DNA of 63,823 nt, filler included, from Chiloscyllium plagiosum (GCF_004010195.1; 4 parts of one record of this genome joined end to end with filler, not necessarily neighbours in it), one strand, 5' to 3'. Counted from the first letter of the whole stretch, positions 22,786 through 36,528 are shown. Numbers and translations are program-made. Notes: generated by a model not told the origin, from the sequence alone.

Positions 22786-25264
22786 GAAAAATAACAAAAT
22801 ACATTCAAATCATAATTCAAATGTAGCAAAATATTCCAAGGAACATCATAGGAGTGTTAATAAACCAGAAATGGACATTGATCAAAGAAGGAAGTTGGAG
22901 AACAAGAGATCGGAAATTTGATCAAAGAGCTATATGAAAGAGAACCATTTAAAGGAAAAGGAAGGCAGAGAGGAGGTAACCTTTTGGAGAGAGAATTTGA
23001 GAGCATAGAGTGCTGGCACTTAAGGGCAACTGCCAATAATGAAACAAAGACAATGAAGGATGCACAAGAGTCCAATATTGTAAGGGCTACAAGACTGGAG
23101 GGGTATATAGTGAAAGGGAGGGGTAAGACCACAGAGGATACTGAAAACAAGGGTAACAATCTAAAATCAAGAGTGTATGCTATGTTAGAAACCAATGTCA
23201 GCAAACACTTGGTTGGGGAGTGTGCAGTGTGGGTGGGTGAAAGGTGTGGTGGGAAATTGAGACTTGATGTATTGGGCTGAAGAGGAGCATCAGTTACTGG
23301 AGAGTGTAAAGTGAGACGCCAGCAAGACGAATTTCAAAATAATTAGTCGAGAGGTAAAAATGGTCATGGAGGAAGGCTTAAAGAGCTGACGAGCCGAGGC
23401 ATGGGCAGTGATTAAGTTAGAGAGGTGGAAGTACATGAGTTGAATAATAGTGAGGATTCAAGTTACGAATGGTCTGGATCAGCCAAAGGGAAAGTGGATA
23501 TGCTTTGAGCTGTCTTAAAAAGTGTTATGCCAGTGTAAGGTTTTTTTTGCTGAATATATGAGATATTTACATTTTAATCATTCTTCACATTTGGCATGAA
23601 GAAGGTGGCAGTTAGCTCAGTTGGCTAGATAGCTACTTTTGTGTATTTTTCAGCTAACTAATGACTTTTATTTACAGTGAATTAAGGACTTTGAAGTGCA
23701 GGCACTTGCTGTTCAGGTTAATGCCAACAGTTCAGGTTCTGGTTCCTTTTCTTGCTGAGGTAGTTTTGGGACTTGCATCTTGCCCTGTCTCGAGAGTGGA
23801 AGGCAATGGCACACATCACTGATAAAAACTGCCAAGAGGATGACTTCTGGATGTAATGTCTGCATAAATTAAGACATGGACCTGCCTTCAGGCAGCACAC
23901 ATACTTGATACTGCACCATTTTCAGATATTGGGAAACGTCCTTCCCCGGTTTTTCTTTCATACAGCAAACAAACAGTATGAAATTGGTATTCATTGTAAG
24001 TCATTGCTGAAAGACAAGGCTGAGGCTCTGTCTACAATTCTAGACAAAATTAAAACAGGCATCATGATTAGTGGAAACATTTGTCTCTGAACTTATGAAC
24101 TCAGAGTCATATCTCCAGTTGGCTGATTAGGAGTCCATTTTTTTTCCTAATCAAATTTCAACAATTTCCTTTACGAGAAAAAATAAAATCAGCTTATCTT
24201 TGGCAAGCTGACAGGAGTACAGCTGGGGGACATGCTAGCAATCACAAAGCAATTCAGAAAAAAAGTCCCTGATTAGCCAGTAATGAACAGAATGCTGGAG
24301 GATTAATTGGCACATAACAAGTGTTTGAACTACATTCATCCTAAGTGAACTCACACATTTGTGTTCATTACTGCTGTGTCTTAAACACGAGAGATTAATG
24401 CAAAACGTTTTTAGCCTTTTAGAACTAGGTATGACTATTCTGTGATTGCATATCAAGTTGGGCCCTTTTATTCCAGCAATCTATAGAAGATGAAATTCTA
24501 ATAAACCATTGTGGGAAATTGTGGTACACCACTGTTACAGATATATGCATCCTTTCGAAGTGCAACTAAGGACATAGAATGATGAAATCACCACCATAAA
24601 TTCTGTAAAATAAAAATATTATTTTACCTTGATCTATTTCCATAGTTTATATCATGTTTATTTTCTTTTTTGAAGGTTTTAATATTTTTGTAAATCATGT
24701 TATCAGATTCTTCTTATTGCACAATTTCCACAAACTACTGACAATGGCTTCCTTACAGATTGGAGAACCTGGAGTTGTTCTCTTTGGAGAAGGGAAGGCT
24801 GAAAGGAGACTTCAAAGAAATGTCCAAAATAATTACGTCCTGACAGAGTTGATGGGGAGCAACTGTTCCCTTTGATAAGAACCAAAGAAGGCTGTGAACC
24901 AAAGTCCCTCAATTAAAGTTGTCATTGTATAAGGAAAATGTTTTTTTTAGCAACTAAAATGGAATACATTTTGGATGTGCTGTCATTCAGGTGGGATGTT
25001 AAAGCCAGGGCTGATCTGCTTGCTATCTCAAATGGAAAAGATTCCACATGGCCTCCTCGACATCCTGCACAGCAGCAACATGACATCCTAACTCCTATAC
25101 TCAAGCATGCCAAACGCATTCTTCACCACCTTGTCTACATGCAACTCCACTTTAATTGAACTATGCATCTGCTTAGCTCTCTCTGTTCGGCAAATCTTCT
25201 CATGACCTTACCATTAACTGAACAATCCTGTCCTGGTTCTTTGAAATAGTGCAATGGAATCTTT

Positions 25265-26105
25265 TAGAAGCCACTTTTAGAATACTGCAGATAATTCTGG
25301 TTGCCGTTCTTAAGGAAAGATGTTGAGAGAGTGCAGAAAAGATTTACAAAGATGCTTTCAGGACAGGAGGGTTTGTGTTATAGAGAGACACTGGAGCTTC
25401 TTTCCCTGGAGCTTTGTAAGCTGAGGGGTGACCTTATAGAGGTGTATAAAATTGTGAGAGGCATGGATAGGATGAATAGCCCAAGTTCTTTTCTTAGCAT
25501 TATGGAGTCCAAAATTAGAGGCCATAGGTTTAAGATGAGAGGGGAAAGATTTAAAAAGGACCTGAAGGGTAGCTTTTTAGATTAGATTACTTACAGTGTG
25601 GAAACAGGCCCTTCGGCCCAACAAGTTCACACCGACTCGCCGAAGTGCAACCCACCCATACCCCTACATTTACCCCTTTAACCTAACAGTACGGGCAATT
25701 TAGCATGGCCAATTCACCCAACCTGCACATTTTTGGACTGTGCAAGGAAACCGGAGCACCCGGAGGAAACCCACGCAGACACAGGGAGAATGTGCAAACT
25801 CCACACAGTCAGTCGCCTGAGTCAGGAATTGAACCTGGGTCTCTGGCGCTGTGAGGCAGCAGTGCTAACCACTGTGCCACCGTGCCGCCCACTACCGACA
25901 CTTGCTGAAGGTGGTGTGGGTATGGAACGAGTTGCCAGAGGAATTAGTGGAGGCTGGTACAATTACAACATTTAAAAGACATCTGGATGGATATAGGGTT
26001 TAGAATGATGTAGTTCAAATGCTGGCAAATGGGACTAGGTCAGATTGGGATGTCTGGTCAGTGTAAACGAGTTGTTTCTGTGCAATATAACTCGATGGCT
26101 CTATA
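25265..26105 (+). mobile_element. CR1 (HER1-like) 3' fragment split by a SINE
   Basis: RKDVERVQKRFTKML..LRGDLIEVYKIVRG..RGHRFKMRGERFKKDLKG. Resumes after the SINE with GGAACGAGTTGCCAGAGG and the 3'UTR. Confidence 0.9.
25577..25890 (-). mobile_element. HE1-type V-SINE
   Basis: Reverse complement of the 19444-19761 family. Confidence 0.95.
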
Positions 26106-26109
26106 ACAG

Positions 26110-26345
26110 CAGGAGAGGTGCCCTTGGCATCCTGACTAATATTTATCCCTACATAACTTCACAAGAATGGATATCTGTTCATTGTCACATTGTTGTTTGT
26201 GGTAAATTTCTATGCACAAATTGGGCCACAATGTTTTTTACAATATAATTGTGATTACACTTCAAAAATACTTCATTGGCTATGAAGCGCTTTGAAATGT
26301 CATGTGGAAATGAAATACACTGTCCAAATCTTTCTTTCTTCTTTT
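26110..26345 (+). mobile_element. DeuSINE (SacSINE1/AmnSINE-like) 3' half
   Basis: CATTGTCACATTGTTGTTTGTGG..ACACTTCAAAAATACTTCATTGGCTATGAAGCGCTTTG..TCTTTCTTTC resembles the Deu domain and tail. Confidence 0.65.
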
Positions 26346-27789
26346 AGATAAAATTTGACTGATCTATATTGCAGAAGATAATGGTGCTGAAATAATTAAT
26401 ATTGGAGACTGTTTTAAGATCCACTCAATCTGATGATCTCATACAGTCTTGCATGAGAAATCATATGATTAGATCTAGATCTTAAAGGAAAGATATGTCA
26501 TCTTTTTCTTTTAATAGTCTTAGTCAAAACGTCTAGTCCAATGTAACATATACCTAATTGCTATCTTGCTGATAACTTATGTCTTGGTAAAACCTAAATC
26601 TCTTCCTGTTCAGATTTAGTAATGGTTTGTAACTTTAAACCAAAACGGCCCTTAGACTCAGTTAAGGCATGAGGAATGGTGGCAACTTCCTTCCACCCAC
26701 AATACCACATGGTGGTCAACAGTGGGCATCATTGCATAATACTCAAGGTACATACATTGGACAGAGGAGAAGCAGTTTCTGGAAGACCAAGGAAGTTTAC
26801 AGCTTAAAAGAGTTAACGCTTTAAGAATACTGATACAGACTGTCACTCAACAAACAAGCAGTCAACAGGAATTCATGGAAAGACTAACGGGGAGAAACAG
26901 TACTCCAGGCTAAGCCTTTATTTCAGACCTGCTGAGGAGAACAGGAAAAGCAGGGTGTGTTAGAAAGAATTTAATGAATAATCAGACTTGGAAGTTACAG
27001 ATCCCATTGGGATGAAAGCATCTGGAGGAACATATCCAGTTAGAGGTTTGGATGGGAAGTGAATACTTTAGAGTTTCACAAGTAAAGTGAAACATTTCTG
27101 TTGGGCAAGAGGGAAGTCTTTAAAGTAACAGTGCAAAAAATTGGACTGTGAAGCCTGGAAGTTAAAGAGGCTCAAAATGAATGTTGTTGCTATAGTAAGA
27201 GGACACCGTGAGGCACAGCTACAATGGGGAAATCAAAAGATTCAGAGAAATTTATATCAAGGTCACAGCACCAGGGATATTCTGAAGCAGAATTAAGGTG
27301 ACAAAAGGGACAATTTAAAAGCTAAGTATATGGACTTTAAGAGCGGAAGATGATTAGAAGACTTTTGAATCTGCAATAACAGCAGGAGATTCATGACTTA
27401 AACTGTAAGTCCACTGAGAAGAATTTACTCAGAGACTTCCGGCAGAAGGCTTTATTTTGGGAAGTCATGGAAAAGGCTAAAAATTCTACATTAGTTACAA
27501 AGGGTGGGAAATCATCCATCTTGCCAACAATAAAAATAGGAAATTTTAATTTTGCCTGCAGAAATTGGGAAAATTCCATTTTGACCACAAAAATGTGGGT
27601 AACACCCGAGTAAGCAGTACAGGTGTGCATCATTGCTATTGATCTGAATTAATAGCTTTAAAAGAAGGAAAACAATCACTGCACCATTTACAACTTTAAG
27701 GTAAGGAAAATAAAACAGTACAGATATTTACAGAATTAAAAGTTTTTAAGGGAAAGAGAATATAACAGCACTGAGATACCGCAGAGTTT

Positions 27790-28145
27790 GACAAGCTCCC
27801 AGATTGGATATAAGGGTGAAGTTTCCCATGACTGGAGACAGGTGGGGGTAGGGGATCCTGAGCAAGGGCTCGTGGTTTCAGACCACATGGTGGACTATTA
27901 TGGAATGAGAGGAGGAGGAATTTATTCACTCAGACAGTGGTGAACCTATGCAATTCTCTGCCACAGGAGAAGGCCAAGTGTGGAGGTCAAGTCACTGAAT
28001 ATATTTAAGAAAGCAATAGATTTCTGGAGTCTAAAGGGGTAAGGGGAGAAAGTGCAAGCATGGTGTGGATTTGGAGGATCAGCCACGATCATCTTGAATG
28101 GTGGGACAGGTTTGATGGGCTGACTGGCTTGCTTTGATTTTCTAT
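27790..28145 (+). mobile_element. Old CR1 3' fragment
   Basis: ATGAGAGGAGGAGGAATTTATTCACTCAGACAGTGGTGAACCTATGCAATTCTCTGCC (RRNLFTQTVVNLCNSLP) plus 3'UTR. Confidence 0.75.
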
Positions 28146-28159
28146 CTTTTCTTGGTGAT

Positions 28160-28533
28160 ACGCATCTTCCGCCTTGAGACCCTCCAAGCCCACGGCATCA
28201 ATATGGATTTCACCAGTTTCCTCATTTCCCATCCCCCCATCTTATCCCAATTCCAACCTTCCAACTTAGCACCGACCTCATGACCAGTCCTACCTGTCCA
28301 TCTTCCTTCCCATCTATCTGCTTCACCCTCCTCTCTGGCCTATCATCATTACCCCCACCTCCAATTACCTATCGTACTCTCAGCTACCTTCCCCCCAGCC
28401 CCAACCCCTTCCCATTTATCTCTCGACACTAGAGGCTCCCAGCCTCATTCCTGATGAAGGGCTTTTGCCCGAAACATCGATTCTCCTGTTCCTTGGATGC
28501 TACCTGACCTGATGTGCTTTTCTAGCACCACAC
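28160..28533 (+). mobile_element. Penelope family B 3' end (GIY-YIG C-terminus, pyrimidine-rich UTR, pLTR with hammerhead at 28451-28478)
   Basis: IFRLETLQAHGINMDFTSF is the typical PLE endonuclease terminus, followed by CTGATGAAGGGCTTTTGCCCGAAACATC. Confidence 0.85.
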
Positions 28534-28650
28534 TATTGAAACTTAATCAAACGTTGAGAGAGGAGTCCATCATAGCTGGCACTAGCAGGCATGCATCTGG
28601 CTGTCTCTAGCTGCCACAGAGAGCAAAGTCCAGCAGAATGTTCATTAGTT

Positions 28651-29552
28651 GTCATAGAATCATAGAGATGTACAGCAAGGAAACAGACCCTTCGATCCAA
28701 CCCGTCCATGCAGACCAGATATCCCAACCCAATCTAGTCCCACCTGCCAGCACTTGGCCCATATCCTTCTAAACCCTTCCTATTCATATACCCATCCAAA
28801 TACCTTTCAAATATTGCAAGTGTACCAGCCTTCACCACTTCATCTGGCAGCTCATTCCATACACATACCAAACTCTGCGTGAAAATGTTGCCCCTTAGGC
28901 TCTTTTATATCTTTCCCCTCTCACCCTAAACCTATGCCCTCTAGTTCTGGACTCCCCCATGCCAGGGAAAAGATTTTGTCTATTTATCCTATCCATGCCC
29001 CTCATAATTTTGTAAACCTCTATCGGGTCACCCCTCAGTCTCTAACGCTCCAGGGAAAACAGCTCCAGCCTGTTCAACCTCTCCCTATAGCTCAAATCGT
29101 CCAACCCTGGCAACATCCTTGTAAATCCTTTCTGAACCCTTTTAAGTTTCACAGCATCTTTCCAATAGGAAGGAGACCAGAATTGCACGCAATATTCCAA
29201 CAGTGGCCTAACCAATCTTCTGTACAGCCGCAACGTGACCTCCCAACTCCTGGTACTCAATACTCAGACTGATAAAGGAAAGCATACCAAACGCCTTCTT
29301 CACTATCCTATCTACCAGCGACTCCACTTTCAAGGAGCTATGAACCTCCACTCCAAGATCTCTGTTCAGCAACACTCATTAAGTGTATAAGTCCTGCTAA
29401 GATTTACTTTCCCAAAATGCAGCACCTCGCATTTATCTGAATTAAGCTCCATCTGCCACTTCTCAGCCCATTGGCCTATCTGATCAAGATCCTGTTGTAA
29501 TCTGAGGTAACCTTCTTCGTTATCCACTACACCTCCAATTTTGGTGTCATCT
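28651..29552 (-). mobile_element. HER1-type CR1 LINE 3' ~0.9 kb
   Basis: LYRRLVRPLLEYCVQFWSPSYWKDAVKLKRVQKGFTRMLPG and a (CTCTATGA)-type tail. Confidence 0.93.
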
Positions 29553-29583
29553 CAGAATATTTCGCAAATTGTCCTTTTACACA

Positions 29584-29795
29584 GTATTTGGAGGTGCCAG
29601 TGTTGGACTGGGGGTGTACAAAGTTAAAAATCACACAACACCATTTTATCGTCCAAGAGGTTTATTTGGAAGCACTAGCTTTTGGGGCGCTGCTCCTTCA
29701 TCAGGTAGTTGTCACAACCACCCGATGAAGGAGCAGCACTCCAAAAGCTAACGCTTCCAAATAAACATGTTGGACTATAGCCTGGTGTTGTGTGT
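29584..29795. mobile_element. Penelope family A fold-back pLTR insertion
   Basis: Inverted arms centred at ~29712. TSD TCCTTTT(A/G)CACA at 29572-29583 and 29796-29807. Confidence 0.85.
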
Positions 29796-29863
29796 TCCTT
29801 TTGCACAACAACTTTACACTGAATCCGTTATAGAATCTAGAACCATTTTTGAATCCACTTTTA

Positions 29864-30340
29864 CATAGAGTCAGAGTCATAGAGATATACAGCACAGAAA
29901 CAGACCCTGTGGTCTAACTCGTCCATGTCGGCCTGATATCCTAAATTAATCCAGTCCCATTTGCCAGCACTTGGCCCACATCTCTCCAAACCCTTCCTAT
30001 TCATGTACACATCCAAATACCTTTTAATTGTTGTAATTGTACCAGCTTCCATTAATTCCTCTGGCAGCTCATTCCATACATGCACCACCCTCTTGGGTCT
30101 CTTTTAAATCTTTCCCCCTCACTCTAAACTTATGCCCTCTGGTTCTGAACTCCCCAAAACCTAGGGAAAAGACCTTGTCTATTTAGTCTATCCACGCATC
30201 TCATGCTTTTATAAACCTCTATAAGATCACCCCATAGCCTCTGATGCTCCAGGGAAAACAGCCCCAACGTATTCAGCCTCTCCGTCTCGCTCAAACCCCC
30301 CCAACCCTGGCAAATCTTTTCTGAACCTTTCCAAGTTTTA
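29864..30340 (-). mobile_element. HER1-type CR1 3' fragment
   Basis: LGLFSLEHQRLWGDLIEVYK, VWNELPEE and the tail. Confidence 0.9.
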
Positions 30341-31126
30341 TTGAACACAATTTTCAAATGCTTGAAAAAAATTCCCAGGATGTGAGTGTTTTACTGAGGT
30401 TGCTAAATATTCTCAGAAACTGATAAATAAATATAGGTAAGCTCAGCAAAAGTCTGCAAGTATGGTGCTTGGAATGAAATTGATTCAATCTAGTGCCATA
30501 GCTGTAGTCTCACATAAAATTGTTAATTATCTTCTTTCAGCAGAGTACAGACTCAATATAAAAACAAGAAGGATGGTAAAAATGAAAATAATTCTAAGTA
30601 AAAGAGAAAGGCCCAAACTCCAAGTCTTGAATAACAAGACTTTGATAAAAGGCTGAATGAGATTGGCAGCTGCATTCTCCTTTTCTTACTTGTTATTTTA
30701 TCAGCTAGACCACTTTTAATCTAATTTACTTTAAAGAACAGAAGTCTTTGGTACCTTAATCCCTTGTTTAAACTAACTTCTGGTGAATCCATGTGGGTGG
30801 GTTGAGTGGTGTTCTCTCTTCTGTTCCATTCACAGTCAGCTTGCTGCGGTAGCTAGGCATGTACAGTAACTGTTTCAATACACTTAAACTCTTGATTATA
30901 TGCATAAATCAAGCATTTTTAATAAGGCACGTTAGAAGTAGCATTTTCTGTTTCTTCGATGTACTGGGTAGTTTAATGGGTGGATAGATTAGGACAGGTG
31001 CCACCATAAATTGACTGACCATTAAATCCAGTTGTTTATTATAGAAGCCCACATTTGCCATTTGGAATATCAGGACATTCAATTCACAAGCAGAAGAATC
31101 CAATTCCCAAGACTCCGCTTGTCTTA

Positions 31127-31627
31127 ATAGTCATACAGCACGGAAACAGACCCTTCGGTCCAACAAGTCTGCACTGACAAGATATTCCAATCTGATCTTG
31201 TGCCATTTGCCAGCATTTAGCCCATATCCCTTAAACCCTTCCTATTCATATGTTCATCTAGATGTCTTTTAAATTTTGTAATTGTATCCACCTCCACCAC
31301 TTCCTTTGGCAGATTGTTCCATTCACACACCACCCTCTGCATGAAAAAGTTACCCCTCGGGTCCTTTTTAAATCTTTCCCCTCTTACTTTAAACCTAGTT
31401 TAGAACACATCCATCCTAGGAAAATGCATCTTAAATATTCACACTATCCATACCCCTCATGATTTTATAAACTTTTGTAAGGTTACCTCTTAGTCTCTGA
31501 CACTCCAGGGAAAAATTCCCTAGCCTATTCAGTTTCTCCCTTTGACTCAAACCTTCCTGCCTTGGCAACATCCTCGGAAGTCTTTTCAGCACTCTCTCAT
31601 GCTTAACAACATCCTACCTATAGAAGG
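31127..31627 (-). mobile_element. HER1-type CR1 3' fragment
   Basis: Homologous to 28651-29170. Confidence 0.88.
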
Positions 31628-32222
31628 TGTGAAAGGATTGCAAACAACTCTTTTGCCTCATGACTATCCAGCTCCTAGTATTCTCATGGATTTGGGAGCA
31701 AGGGAATATTGTACGTGAGATTATAACTGAAGATGAATCTGTTCAAACTGTCTTTCAACAATTCTTGCTGTAATGTACAGTTTTACTTGAGCCAAAACAT
31801 CAGAGCAAAGAATTGCTATCATTTTGATTTACGTGCCATATTGCAAAAACTTATAAACTGATTTCCACAGCATCAGTCCTAGTGATTCATTTCTATAATC
31901 TATAACCTTGAAGAATGCCTCAAGCCACACATCTAGCAACCTATGTTTGAGCCTGGCCCAGTCGGTCTTAAAGTCACACAATTAAAATGGCCCAGAATGG
32001 GCTCATTTGGCTCATCAAGTCACTAATGTGCTCTCTGTAGAGTCATCCAAGTTCCCTTAACCAACTGCCCATTTCTCGAGAGCTACAAATTCATTTCTCC
32101 AATCTAAATTCATTTTGAAATCATTTATCATCTCAATTTCCATCACTTTTGTAGGCATTGAGTTCCAGTCTTTACCACTGGTTACATAAAAGGATTCTTT
32201 TTTATATTGCCCCATGCATCTC

Positions 32223-32547
32223 GTGTGCATGGTGGCTCACTGGTTAGCACTGCTGCCTCACAGTGCCAGGGTACCAGGTTCAGTTCCCACTTCGGGCAAC
32301 TGTCTGTGTGGAGTTTGCATATTCTCCCCGTGTCTGTGTGGGTTCCCTTTGGATGTTCTGGGTTCCTCCCACGGTCCAAAGATGTGCAGGTCAGGTGAAT
32401 TGGCCGTGCTAAATTGCCCGTAGTGTAAGGTGCCTTAGTCAGGGGTAAACGTAGGGATGCTCTTCATGGGTGGGATGTTCTTCAGAGGGTCGGTGTGGAC
32501 TTGTCAGGCCGAAGGGCTTATTTCCACACTGTAGGGAATCTAATCTA
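32223..32547 (+). mobile_element. HE1-type V-SINE
   Basis: A/B boxes, V-domain and tail. Confidence 0.92.
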
Positions 32548-34025
32548 AAAAGCCTTAAACCTGTTTCCCTTTAATAATCAAAGAATTAGGTAATGAGAAC
32601 AGCTATTCAGGATTCTGATGGGTATATTAGTGACAACTTACATCACTCCACACCCCATCCCTGCTACTTACTGCATTGAAGAATAGCCAGCCGCTGATTG
32701 TCCAGTAGCTCTCTTCAAGATTCAATTTCCATCCCCCAGTGTCATTAATCTTGGATAAGGCTGATCACTGGCCATTTAAGTGTACCAAATCTTCACCTGG
32801 CATTTCCTATGTTAAATTCCATCCTATGAGTGTATTAGTTGTTCTAAAATCCAAAGTACGATTGATAAATGGGTGCCAATTTTACAATTGCACTGCAAAT
32901 TCTAATTATTTATTGTGGCTTACTTCCTTATTTTTGTGTAAATTGTATATCTTTAATTGGTTGAAGGATGTAAGGGATAAAGGCTAAGAGTTCAATAGAA
33001 TAGGTTCAGAAATCAGGGAGGTGGGAGGAAGATTAGCCAATGATTAGATCTAGTTTGTAAACTTTCAAACTATTGCTCAGATTTATCTCATATTTTAAGT
33101 AAGTGTTCGCCCCTTATATACGTGTTACTGAAATAAATGCAGATTATGGTAACAAATGAAAATATATTCAGTAATTTTGAACACATCAATATTGAAAAAT
33201 AGCATTGAATGTACATTTATTTTTTACTTTGCCTTGGTTAAAAACAGATCCATAAAGTCGAAGAAAATGCAAATTTAAACGGTATTTTAAAAGTTTTACA
33301 CAAAGTAAAAAAAAGGAAATAAACTTTAATGTTTTCTGAATTAAGAAATTTATCAAATTGAAGGATTGACAGACACAATTCCAAATCCAGCTCTTTCATA
33401 AACATTTAAGCAGTCAATTAAACAGAATGACTCTTTGGATTGTACTTTGCCATGCAAAAAGTCAGCAATTTCTGCTGTTAACAATATTCATTCTCATTTG
33501 ATGTGTGGCTGTTCGCCAGAAAAGCTATTTCTATTCATAACAAGACAAATGCACTGTCAAATTATATCAATTGTATCAGTAAGGAAAATGCGAGTTTTGA
33601 AAGAGGAAGAACATTTGCTTCTTTTTACTTTACTCAGGTCTTAAGATTTGATTTGTTTCACTTTAAAGTTTGTATAAAACTGGGGTACACATTCGGAACT
33701 GAGCTCTATACTTGAAATGTTAAATAAATAGTACAGAGTGAATAACCGTTATGTCATATAGTTACTGAGGACACTTAAGTTAGTCATCAATGATGTATTC
33801 CTTTCTTATTCATAGGATAAATTGTGAATCTTACCAATTTATACCATAACATTGGGTATGAATTTATATGATATTTTTAAAAAAGCATAAATCACATGTT
33901 TATGTAATCAAACATTAGAATAAGCACTGACTCTTTGATTTAGACATGACGTTGATGGGAAGAGTGCATTGGAAATCAAGTTCCAACATTCCAAGAGCTG
34001 TTTTAAATGTATAAAAGACTAAATT

Positions 34026-34236
34026 GGAAATGTGTTGCTGGAAAAGCGCAGCAGGTCAGGCAGCATCCAGGGAACAGGAGAATCGACGTTTTGGGCATAA
34101 GCCCTTCTTCAGGAAAGAAGGGCTTATGCCCGAAACGTCGATTCTCCTGTTCCCTGGATGCTGCCTGACCTGCTGCGCTTTTCCAGCAACACATTTCCAG
34201 CTCTGATCTCCAGCATCTGCAGACCTCACTTTCTCC
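34026..34236. mobile_element. Penelope family B fold-back pLTR insertion, young
   Basis: Near-perfect ~85-bp inverted arms centred at ~34113. Exact TSD TAAAAGACTAAATT at 34012-34025 and 34237-34250. Confidence 0.92.
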
Positions 34237-34970
34237 TAAAAGACTAAATTAGTCACTAAGCTGGTTAATTTACCTGACTTAGACCACTGTGAGTGATAAA
34301 AGAAACTCTCATCAGGTTTCATCAATAAGCAAAAGAACAAAATGTACTTATTATGAAAAACCTTAAAATTGAACAAATAGCATAATGGATTATTAATCGC
34401 TACATGCAAACTTAAACTATATCTTTAAACTTTAAACGCCAACATACACATTCATTCACAAATAGGACAGACAGTTCTACAGAAATATCGTGAGTAGAAA
34501 ATATAGGGAGAAAGGAATAACATTCAGTGGGCTCCAAGCCACACAAGTGAAATGAGGTGTCTTTCTCTCACTATTTTTGGTTCATGGCAGCAACATCATG
34601 TTATTCTCAACCATTCATAACTCTCAATTTGGTAGGTGGTCAGTTGGACCTAGGTTTTTTGTTGAATGTGAAGTTTTTTTTTTCAGAAATCTTTGAATGC
34701 TGTTTTGTTTCCACTCACAGAAAGAGAGAAAGAGACTTGTCTTGCATTGCTATTTCTTTTTGAGGGGTTTGAATGGAACTATGCCTTTTTTCAGTTCTGT
34801 GACAAACGGCAATTTAACTCCTGAAAGCTATTGCAAGGCAGTTTTTAAACTTAAAGACACCAACATGTCTCACAAAAGTATTAAATCCAACTTCTTCAAA
34901 AGTCACATGATATTGCGTAAAGGTAAAGTTGCTATAGCTCTAATGCACCAGAGAGCGACTCTCTCATTAC

Positions 34971-34992
34971 AGAGAGAGAGAGAGAGAGAGAG
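34971..34992. repeat. (GA)n microsatellite
   Basis: Visible AG run. Confidence 0.9.
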
Positions 34993-35945
34993 AACTGGTA
35001 GTGGTTTAACCTAATGTCATCACCACACTTCAGTTGAGGGGAGAGGTCGAGAAGGAAAGTCCTTCATGTTGACAATGTGCATTCCACGATTGAATACATC
35101 ATTGTTTTGAGTTTGACCTTGAAGTTGCAAAGCAAAACCGATGAGTTCGATCTCTGCAACACAACCTTCACTTTCCCCATATACATTTCCAAACATATAC
35201 AGGTAATCCTCACAATTTCCTGATAAACAATTGAGAATTGAAAGTGACAGTAACACTCATGCAGATTGAAGATATATGTGGCATCAGAAAGGACAACACT
35301 TGTTTATGACTTGCTGATTTTGAGATGTTGGTGGTGAACCACATTCTTGAATTATTTGCAGTCTATGTTATGAAGATGCTTCCAGATACTGTTTTGTTCA
35401 GGAGTTCTAGGAATTCAAGCTGATGACATTGATTGAGCTGCAATATATGTTCAAGTCAGGGTGGTATATGGTTTGGAGATAGTTAGGTTTTTCCATCATT
35501 AAGGGCTAATAATAGTGATGGGATAGTTCCTAGTTTGGCGCACCAGCCTTGGGAGAAAGTGTTTTCAGATTGTGTGATTTTCTTGTTGGAAGAAATGGAT
35601 AGAGGTGATGGCAGTTGGACCAGCCAATTTGAGAAAGTGATTGAGTCAACCACAGAATTTCCCACCTCAGGGTTGTGGGGCTTTGTGCTAGTTTTAAAGA
35701 AAAAAACGAGACCTTCTCGACCTTAATTGTCCTTGATATGACAGATATACCATATTCCATCTTTGCCAAGTCACATTCCTCCAGTCATCATAAACCCATC
35801 ATGCCTCCATTCCAGTCTATAGAATTTCTATGCCCATTCACCCATTAAACATTATATAGAAGTAACAAAACTTTTCGTGACAAATAGCATTTGGCTAGCT
35901 CCATTAGAGGGATAGACATGACCTACTCATCTGCTATTTTCATTG

Positions 35946-36201
35946 AGATAAAAACAATGACTGCAGATGCTGGAAACCAGATTCTGGATTAGTGGTGCTT
36001 GACGTTTCGGGCAAAAGCCCTTCATCAGGAATACAGGCAGAGACCCAGAAGGGTGGAGAGATAAGCTAGAGGAGGATGGGGGTGGGGAGAAAGTAGCATA
36101 GAGTACAATAGGTGAGTGGGGGAGGGGATGAAGATGATAGGTCAAGGAGGAGAGTGGAGTGGATAGGTGGAAAAGAAGATAGGCAGGTAGGACAAGTCAT
36201 G
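35946..36201 (-). mobile_element. Penelope family B-related pLTR/3'UTR, truncated by a gap
   Basis: Purine-rich UTR and a hammerhead core at 36001-36028. Confidence 0.8.
36001..36028 (-). ncRNA. Minimal hammerhead ribozyme motif (family B type)
   Basis: CUGAUGA-AGGGC UUUU GCCC-GAAA-CG-UC. Catalytic core intact, but stem I is poorly paired. Confidence 0.6.
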
Positions 36202-36301
36202 NNNNNNNNNNNNNNNNNNNNNNNNNNNNNNNNNNNNNNNNNNNNTTAATTAATTAANNNNNNNNNNNNNNNNNNNNNNNNNNNNNNNNNNNNNNNNNNN
36301 N

Positions 36302-36528
36302 CACAGAGGGTGGTATGTGTATGGAATGAGCTGCCAGAGGATGTGGTGGAGGTTGGTACAATTACAACATTTAAGAGGCATTTGGATGGGTATATGAATA
36401 GGAAGGGTTTGAAGGGATATGGGCCAGGTGATGGCAGGTGGGACTAGATTGGGTTGGGATATCTGGTCGGCATGGACAGGTTGGACCGAAGGGTCTGTTT
36501 CTGTGCTGTACATCTCTATGACTCTATG
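36302..36528 (+). mobile_element. HER1-type CR1 3' end
   Basis: QRVVCVWNELPE, 3'UTR and CTCTATGACTCTATG tail. Confidence 0.92.

Noticed and set aside
22857..23480. 115-120 aa ORFs in a purine-rich stretch
   Set aside because: No recognisable domain. Probably an old L2-like remnant that I cannot classify confidently.
34003..34206. Near-identical ORFs on both strands (MCCWKSAAGQAASREQENRRF...), recurring at 8055, 42223 and 49644
   Set aside because: A by-product of the palindromic pLTR; no coding evidence.
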